32,000 nucleotides of DNA from the NCBI GenBank assembly GCA_963840455.1, contig CAWIYV010000004.1, positions 42,770 to 74,769 on the forward strand, written 5' to 3'. Below are positions 27,032 to 32,000 of this stretch, piece by piece (position 1 is the stretch's first letter; every line of letters begins with the position of its first letter). The notes under the pieces are model-generated. The model was not told the origin of the DNA. It was given only the letters and a program-made list of their open reading frames with translations, and did no database searches. The position numbers and the translations under genes are program-made. Source of the stretch: Nitrospirota bacterium. GTDB taxonomy: Bacteria; Nitrospirota; UBA9217.

Positions 27032-27072
27032 ACACAAAAAAACCTTCTCCCCCGAACATGGGGAAGAAGGTT
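27032..27072 (-). terminator. Intrinsic terminator (attenuator) in the pyrR leader
   Basis: The minus-strand RNA is AACCUUCUUCCCC-AUGUUC-GGGGGAGAAGGUU followed by UUUUUGUGU. The stem is 13 bp with one G-U pair. It ends about 20 nt upstream of the pyrR start. Confidence 0.75.
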
Positions 27073-27117
27073 GGCGTGTTCGTGATAAGACGTTCTCGTC
27101 TCGTTATACTTTTTCAT

Positions 27118-27144
27118 GTCCTGCCCTTTCTGGCCTCACAGGAC
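27118..27144 (-). promoter_or_regulatory. Candidate PyrR-binding stem-loop (anti-antiterminator)
   Basis: The RNA is GUCCUG-UGAG-GCC-AGAAA-GGC-CAGGAC. It has a lower stem, a purine-rich 5' bulge, an upper stem and an AGAAA loop. CCAGAAAGG resembles the CCAGAGAGG core of the Bacillus PyrR binding loops. Confidence 0.55.
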
Positions 27145-27176
27145 CAGACTTAAAGAGGATCGATTGATGCGGCGTT

Positions 27177-27205
27177 ACAATACTCCAACTGCCCGTTCCT
27201 GTCAA
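27177..27205 (-). promoter_or_regulatory. Sigma70-type promoter of the pyr supercluster
   Basis: On the minus strand: TTGACA (27205-27200), 17-nt spacer, TATTGT (27182-27177). The predicted leader is about 155 nt and contains the binding loop and the terminator. Confidence 0.6.
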
Positions 27206-27233
27206 GAGCTTTCTGTGGGCGGCGATGCAGGCC

Positions 27234-27422
27234 TTATGCTTTGGCCGGTGGATCGATCTTCTTCGCCTCCTGCTGTTCCTCGGTGCCCTCGCGCATCCCC
27301 TGCTTGAAGCTCTTGATGGCCTTGCCCAGGCCTTCACCGAGCTGCGGCAGCTTATTCGGGCCGAAGATGATCAGTGCGATCACCAGAATGACCATCATTT
27401 CAGGAAATCCCAGTCCGCCCAT
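27234..27422 (-). CDS. tatA: Twin-arginine translocase subunit TatA/E
   Basis: [43 protein letters not shown] is the canonical TatA TM plus amphipathic helix. [12 protein letters not shown] lies upstream. Confidence 0.9.
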   Translation of the reverse strand: MGGLGFPEMMVILVIALIIFGPNKLPQLGEGLGKAIKSFKQGMREGTEEQQEAKKIDPPAKA

Positions 27423-27590
27423 AAATTTCTCCTCTCGAAGTTTTTCCCTGAACGTATGAAAAATCTGCGCCGACCATCGTTCACGGCTCTAAGCCCGATC
27501 GTCGGAATCCAGCGATCTCGGCACGATGGTGTCGTCGGTCCTCCGGCAGCGGACATGAGCATCCCACCTGCGGGAATCCCCGGCCTGAGA

Positions 27591-27619
27591 ATAGTACACC
27601 TCTTCAAAAACTGCATCAA
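27591..27619 (-). promoter_or_regulatory. Weak candidate promoter for tatA
   Basis: On the minus strand: TTGATG (27619-27614), 17-nt spacer, TACTAT (27596-27591). This would give a 5' UTR of about 160 nt. Confidence 0.3.
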
Positions 27620-27800
27620 GGCTTTTTTATGACTTCTCTGCAGGCACCGGGCTGGACGCATGACCGATGACCTGCGCACGTGTCTTGCTGGCGTAGCTCC
27701 TTGCAACGACGTTGCCACAGGGAATTGCGGCAGGACTGTATCGTGGGGAGGTGTTGCGCAGAAGCTGCCGATGAACTGCCCACGGAATCCGCCGTGTGCA

Positions 27801-28364
27801 TCAATTCATCTTCTTCAGATTCTGCAACTGGGCCGTGGCGCGGTCGATGGCCGTTTTTGCCTCCCCGTCGGAGGGATTGAAGACCAGGATCTTTTTCCAT
27901 ATCGCGATAGCCTGTTCAAGGTCCCCAGCCCGGTATTTCATGATGCCGAGCTCCATCAGCATTTTAGAGCAGGCTCCGATCCGCATGGCGAGATAATCGG
28001 CGTCGAAGGAAAGCGCCCTCTGGAGCCGCCGCTTCCCGAAACCGGATTTCAACAGCGTATGGTAGAGTTCGCCGGCCTTCGCATAGTCTCGTGCCTCATA
28101 TTCCTTATCGGCCTTTTCTTTGATGCTTTCCAGCGCCTCCGTGTATGCGTCCAGCAGGTCCTCGTTCCCGGGATGACTGTCAACGGCTGCAGCGTAGATC
28201 TCGATTGCCTTTTTGTAGTTTCCTGAAGACAGGTATGCTTTCGCCTGGTTCACGGTACTGACGTCCTCAGAGCTGGATGGCTGCGGGGGGTGAGCGCAGG
28301 ATGACGCGAGCGAGACGATGGCACTGAGGAGAATAGGACAGAGAATGGATTTCGCTTTGAACAT
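27801..28364 (-). CDS. TPR-repeat lipoprotein
   Basis: Signal/lipobox-like MFKAKSILCPILLSAIVSLASSC. Repeated A..Y..A......G pattern (NYKKAIEIYAAAV, DYAKAGELYHTLL, DLEQAIAIWKKIL), typical of TPR. It starts 3 nt after the HD-GYP stop. Confidence 0.75.
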   Translation of the reverse strand: MFKAKSILCPILLSAIVSLASSCAHPPQPSSSEDVSTVNQAKAYLSSGNYKKAIEIYAAAVDSHPGNEDLLDAYTEALESIKEKADKEYEARDYAKAGELYHTLLKSGFGKRRLQRALSFDADYLAMRIGACSKMLMELGIMKYRAGDLEQAIAIWKKILVFNPSDGEAKTAIDRATAQLQNLKKMN

Positions 28365-28367
28365 CGG

Positions 28368-29792
28368 TCAGATCCGGACGAACGACTGCTCGACGGAGGT
28401 CTTGAGCCGTTTCACGATCCGGACGAATATATCCACCAGGCGCGGATCGAACTGCGTGCCTGCGCAAAGGATGATCTCCCGCACGGCATCCGCCTGCGCC
28501 CGGGATGGCCGATAGGGCCGAATCGAGGTCATCGCATCGAAGGCATCGGCAACGGAGATGATGGCTGCATGGAGCGGGATATCTTCTCCACTCAGGCCGT
28601 CAGGATAGCCGTCCCCGTTGAACCACTCGTGGTGGTGTTTCACCGCGGGTATGTACTTGTGGAGAAATGCCGCCCTGCTCAGGATCTGGGCGCCATCTTC
28701 CGTGTGCCTCATGATCTCCTCGTGTTCGTCCCGGTTTAACCTGCCCTCTTTGAACAGCAAGTGGTCCGGCGTTCTCATCTTTCCCACATCATGGAAAAGG
28801 CATGCGATCTCGAGGTCCTCGAGCTCTTTTTTGGAAAGACCGAGCGCTTTGCCCATCTTGAGGGAAAGAACGGCGACGCGGGTCGAATGGCCGTGCGTAT
28901 AGGGATCGCGGGCATCGATCGCCGCTGACAGGACCTTGACCGTAGCAATATAGGCTTGTTCCAATTCCCTGGCATAGTCGCCGAGCTCTGTCCTCTGGCG
29001 TGATATCAGCTCCGTCATTTCATTAAAGCTTGTTGTCAGCGCGCCGAGTTCGTCCCCGGAATAGATCATCAGCGGACGGGTCTTCTTTCCCTCCTTCAGC
29101 TCTTCGACTCCTTTTGCAAGCTCCATGACCGGCCTGGTGATCAACGAAGACATGATGACGATGCTGAGGATCGACAAGGCCAGAACAGCCGCCAGCGCGC
29201 CCAGGATCTGCCGCCGGACCTGGCCCTTTGCCTCAAGCAGGGATGACTTGTTCATCCTGATGATGACGGTGCCGATCTGCTTCTTCTGGAATACGACGGG
29301 GTTGATGATATCGAAATAATCCGCAGTACCGCTCTTGATCTCGTTGACGATCGTATCGCCGCTGTTCCGCATCAGCACGCTGTCCGATACCGGAATGAAG
29401 ACCGTTTCCCGCTTGCCGATATCACTGTGCGCCAGGATCGTCATGCTGTTCCCGACGATCGCCACATACTCCACGTCCGGATTCGCGGACTTTATTTTCG
29501 TTGCGATGGTATCAAGGCCCAGCAGGTCATGAGAAAGGATATTGTAGGACGCCAGTTCGGCGGCGCTTTTGCCGAGAGATTCTGCCCGTTTCATTACCTC
29601 GTCCATGATATGCTGTTCCATGGTCCGCAGGGTAAGCAGGGAGAAAACAATGGTGGTTATGAGCACAAGGAACACGATGAGCATGGACAGTTTAAAGCTC
29701 AGCGTGAAGATGGAAGTCGGCCGCAAAGCCGTCACCTTCTCTTGGAGGAGATCTTTGTCCCTTTCGTGCGTTATCTTCTCAAGTAATCCCAT
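28368..29792 (-). CDS. HD-GYP domain c-di-GMP phosphodiesterase with periplasmic sensor and HAMP
   Basis: Architecture: TM, sensor segment of about 150 aa, TM, HAMP (ITRPVMELAKGVEEL...FNEM), then HD-GYP. The HD-GYP motifs are HGHSTRVA, LFHDVGK and HHEWFNGDGYPDGL. Confidence 0.9.
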   Translation of the reverse strand: MGLLEKITHERDKDLLQEKVTALRPTSIFTLSFKLSMLIVFLVLITTIVFSLLTLRTMEQHIMDEVMKRAESLGKSAAELASYNILSHDLLGLDTIATKIKSANPDVEYVAIVGNSMTILAHSDIGKRETVFIPVSDSVLMRNSGDTIVNEIKSGTADYFDIINPVVFQKKQIGTVIIRMNKSSLLEAKGQVRRQILGALAAVLALSILSIVIMSSLITRPVMELAKGVEELKEGKKTRPLMIYSGDELGALTTSFNEMTELISRQRTELGDYARELEQAYIATVKVLSAAIDARDPYTHGHSTRVAVLSLKMGKALGLSKKELEDLEIACLFHDVGKMRTPDHLLFKEGRLNRDEHEEIMRHTEDGAQILSRAAFLHKYIPAVKHHHEWFNGDGYPDGLSGEDIPLHAAIISVADAFDAMTSIRPYRPSRAQADAVREIILCAGTQFDPRLVDIFVRIVKRLKTSVEQSFVRI

Positions 29793-29868
29793 AGTATACA
29801 GGCTGATATCGGTCGATCTCTTTTCTGATGCGCGTAAATAAAAAAAGCTTCTTTCAGAGCAAGGATAG

Positions 29869-30075
29869 TTATCCCCTGTTCCCCATCGAAAGGATTATGG
29901 CGGTACTGATCGGATGAATGGCCATAACAACAAGAATAGCTCGCCCCATAGTGAGAGTCAAGAGAAAAACCCATATTTTTCGATCAAAAATAATAAAAAG
30001 AACAAGTAGATACGTCGTCCTGAAAAGCAGGATGCTCGGCCATGGCCAGTGAAGTAAGTTACCTGGAGTGCTCAT
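29869..30075 (-). CDS. Possible small two-TM membrane protein (weak)
   Basis: 68-aa ORF with two hydrophobic stretches (YLLVLFIIF, AILVVMAIHPISTAIIL). It sits in a visibly AT-rich spacer. No convincing RBS was found. Confidence 0.25.
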   Translation of the reverse strand: MSTPGNLLHWPWPSILLFRTTYLLVLFIIFDRKIWVFLLTLTMGRAILVVMAIHPISTAIILSMGNRG

Positions 30076-30091
30076 GCACCATTGGACGCGC

Positions 30092-31738
30092 CTATCCTAT
30101 CATTGTGGCGACCCTGTTCCTCCCCGCCTCTTTTGACGCGTAGAGCGCCGTGTCGGCGAGCGTTACGAAGGTGTCAATGTTCTCGACGGGAGCGCAGCAG
30201 CTGGCAACCCCCATGCTGAGCGTGACCCGTACCTGCTTGTTCCAGGGAATCTCGAGGTCCAGACCCTCGACCGTGCGGCGGATCTTTTCCGCAATACGCT
30301 TCGCTCCGGCGAGCGATGTCTCGGGTAGGATGATCATGAACTCGTCACCGCCGTACCGCCCCACGATGTCCGCCTTGCGCAGCGACTTCTGGAGCGCCAT
30401 GGCAACGGACAGGAGCGCACGGTCTCCCGCGGTATGGCCGAAGGAGTCGTTGATATGCTTGAACTTGTCGATGTCGCAAAGGACCAGCGAAAGGTTGGTA
30501 TTATACCGGGTTGCCCGGTCGATCTCGTGTTTCAGCGTGTCATTGAGCGCCCGGCGGTTGAGCAGTCCGGTAAGCCCATCGGTCGTCGACAAATGGTTCA
30601 AGGTGGCGATCATCCGCTTCTTCTCATCTTCCTCTTGCTTCCGGTCGGTGATGTTCCGGGTATATTCGATGACATGCGATACGTTCCCGGCGTGGTCGAA
30701 AATGGGATAGGTGAAGATCTCGATCCACAACGTTGAACCGTCCGACAGCGTCAGCTGCTTCTCCTTTGCGCAGGGATCCTTCGTCTGGAACGTCCTGTCA
30801 ACGATGCATTCATCGCACACGCCGGGCCTGTTGTGCAGCGCCTCGTAGCATTTCTTCCCGAAGAGGTCGCCCGATCGCTTTTCCCGCATGCGCGCGTAGG
30901 CGTCATTGAACTTGATGATCCTGTATTCGTGGTTCACGATGCTGAACGGGTCGTGAATGCTGTCGAAGATGGTGCTCAGAAAGTTCTCCGAACGGCAGAG
31001 CTCTTCCTCGGTCCGCGTCCGGTCGTTGATCTCCCTGCGCAGGACCTCATTGACCGCATGCAGTTCCTTGGTCCGCTCCGTCACCAGGTGCTCCAACTGC
31101 TCACGGTGTTTCCGCAGTTCCTTTTCCGATCTCTTGCGTTCGGTTATATCGCGCAGCAGTCCCACGGCGTGCCATTTCCCCTTGAGCAGAAGCGCGGAGA
31201 GAGAGATCTCGACGGGGAACTCCGGGCCTCCCTTGTGCACCGCCCTCAGTTCGAGCGTCCTGCCGGCGGTCGAATCCAGCCCCGATTCCCGGAACTTGAG
31301 GAAACTCTTCTGATAGGTCCGCAGGTATCGCTGCGGGGCCAGCAAGGCATGCAGTTCCCTGCCGATCGCCTCGTGTGAGGGATACCCAAAGATCCTTTCT
31401 GCAGCGCTGTTCCAGAACGAGATCCTCCCCTCGTGGTCCATCAGAACGATAGCATCGCTGGCCGCGTCGGCGAGTATGAGCAGGGTCTCATTGCTTTCCT
31501 GGGATGCCTTCTGGGCGCGGTTGCGTTTCAGAACGGTCCGGGCGAGGACCACGCCGACGGTGACGAGGCTGGCGATAAAGAGCGATCGGGAGTAGATCTC
31601 ATGGGCGGACAGGTGCAGCAGAAGGACGTCGGAGAAGGCGCCTGTTCGGAAAACAAAGGCATCCATGGCTGCGCCCCATACCCAGAGGGCAAGTGACGCA
31701 ATGCCGATAAGAACTATGGCGAGGCGCTTATTTTTCAT
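30092..31738 (-). CDS. Membrane-anchored PAS-PAS-GGDEF diguanylate cyclase
   Basis: Two N-terminal TM helices. Two PAS-like segments (ISFWNSAAERIFGY..., FSIVNHEYRIIKFNDAYA...). GGDEF domain with DGLTGLLNRR and active site RYGGDEF. Confidence 0.9.
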   Translation of the reverse strand: MKNKRLAIVLIGIASLALWVWGAAMDAFVFRTGAFSDVLLLHLSAHEIYSRSLFIASLVTVGVVLARTVLKRNRAQKASQESNETLLILADAASDAIVLMDHEGRISFWNSAAERIFGYPSHEAIGRELHALLAPQRYLRTYQKSFLKFRESGLDSTAGRTLELRAVHKGGPEFPVEISLSALLLKGKWHAVGLLRDITERKRSEKELRKHREQLEHLVTERTKELHAVNEVLRREINDRTRTEEELCRSENFLSTIFDSIHDPFSIVNHEYRIIKFNDAYARMREKRSGDLFGKKCYEALHNRPGVCDECIVDRTFQTKDPCAKEKQLTLSDGSTLWIEIFTYPIFDHAGNVSHVIEYTRNITDRKQEEDEKKRMIATLNHLSTTDGLTGLLNRRALNDTLKHEIDRATRYNTNLSLVLCDIDKFKHINDSFGHTAGDRALLSVAMALQKSLRKADIVGRYGGDEFMIILPETSLAGAKRIAEKIRRTVEGLDLEIPWNKQVRVTLSMGVASCCAPVENIDTFVTLADTALYASKEAGRNRVATMIG

Positions 31739-31919
31739 ATAACATTAAATACATGTTCATGCTAAATATTAAAGCATTAGTCATGCCAAGTTAAATCACT
31801 GTATTTATAGATGGTTAGCTGTTTGACAGCCAAGGAACATGTGGCTAAAAGGCTAATATTCGGTAATTATTGTAATAGTAAAGGCTTAGAAGGCGGGGAG
31901 AGACAGGGCTGGGGAAATG

Positions 31920-32000
31920 CTATTTTCTGCTCGCTTCCATCAATGCCTGGACCGGCTTGAGACTGTACGGGCTTCCATGCTCGATTGCCGTTAGCACGGT
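31920..32000 (-). CDS. 3' end of an unidentified CDS running into the window edge
   Basis: The minus-strand frame is open from base 32000: TVLTAIEHGSPYSLKPVQALMEASRK, then TAG at 31920-31922. It is too short to identify. Confidence 0.3.
   Translation of the reverse strand, partial: TVLTAIEHGSPYSLKPVQALMEASRK

Noticed and set aside
27014-27037. Longer pyrR start (TTG at 27037)
   Set aside because: It would place the start codon inside the leader terminator U-tract. The GTG at 27013 has an AGGAG RBS at ideal spacing.
1-32000. tRNA, rRNA, tmRNA, RNase P, SRP RNA, transposase, integrase, toxin-antitoxin or defence-system genes
   Set aside because: I scanned the intergenic regions for the conserved cores I know (T-loop GGTTCGAATCC-like, RNase P GAGGAAAGTCC, SRP GGAAGCAGCC) and found none. 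No ORF shows transposase, integrase or defence-domain motifs.

Overview
The window is about 32 kb of a GC-rich, repeat-dense chromosome from a Gram-negative bacterium, probably an anaerobe. The supporting genes are lnt, an outer-membrane beta-barrel, tatA, multihaem cytochrome c and a class 1B dihydroorotate dehydrogenase. It is mostly housekeeping and I saw no tRNA, rRNA, CRISPR array, transposase or phage gene. About 14 kb of the minus strand is one co-directional pyrimidine supercluster: promoter, PyrR-type attenuator leader, pyrR, pyrB, pyrC, a secreted metallophosphoesterase, carA, a PflX-like radical SAM gene, carB, greA, pyrK, pyrD, and a haem-c-type sensor kinase that overlaps the pyrD stop. 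The left third carries lnt, an OMP, recO, an MBL hydrolase, dedA, era, nadA, rmuC, a cupin, a DUF3786-like gene, kup, an NHL pseudogene and a hexahaem cytochrome c. The right end carries tatA, a TPR lipoprotein and an adjacent HD-GYP / PAS-GGDEF cyclic-di-GMP pair. The most unusual content is non-coding. (1) A family of 75-94 bp (canonical copies 83-86 bp) inverted-repeat elements, built from three 9-nt-periodic CGCNGAGNN units per arm, sits in most intercistronic gaps of the pyr/car cluster and elsewhere. (2) ATCCGCA heptad arrays abut stop codons. (3) A modular hairpin-rich repeat occurs at two loci and shows a compensatory base change in one stem. (4) In-frame insertions of 22-24 codons in NadA and CarB carry hairpin or terminal-inverted-repeat structure, which suggests in-frame palindromic element insertions. 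I also note a deleted sigma-54 response regulator of which only the HTH tail remains. All calls rest on reading motifs in the supplied translations and DNA; no searches were run.
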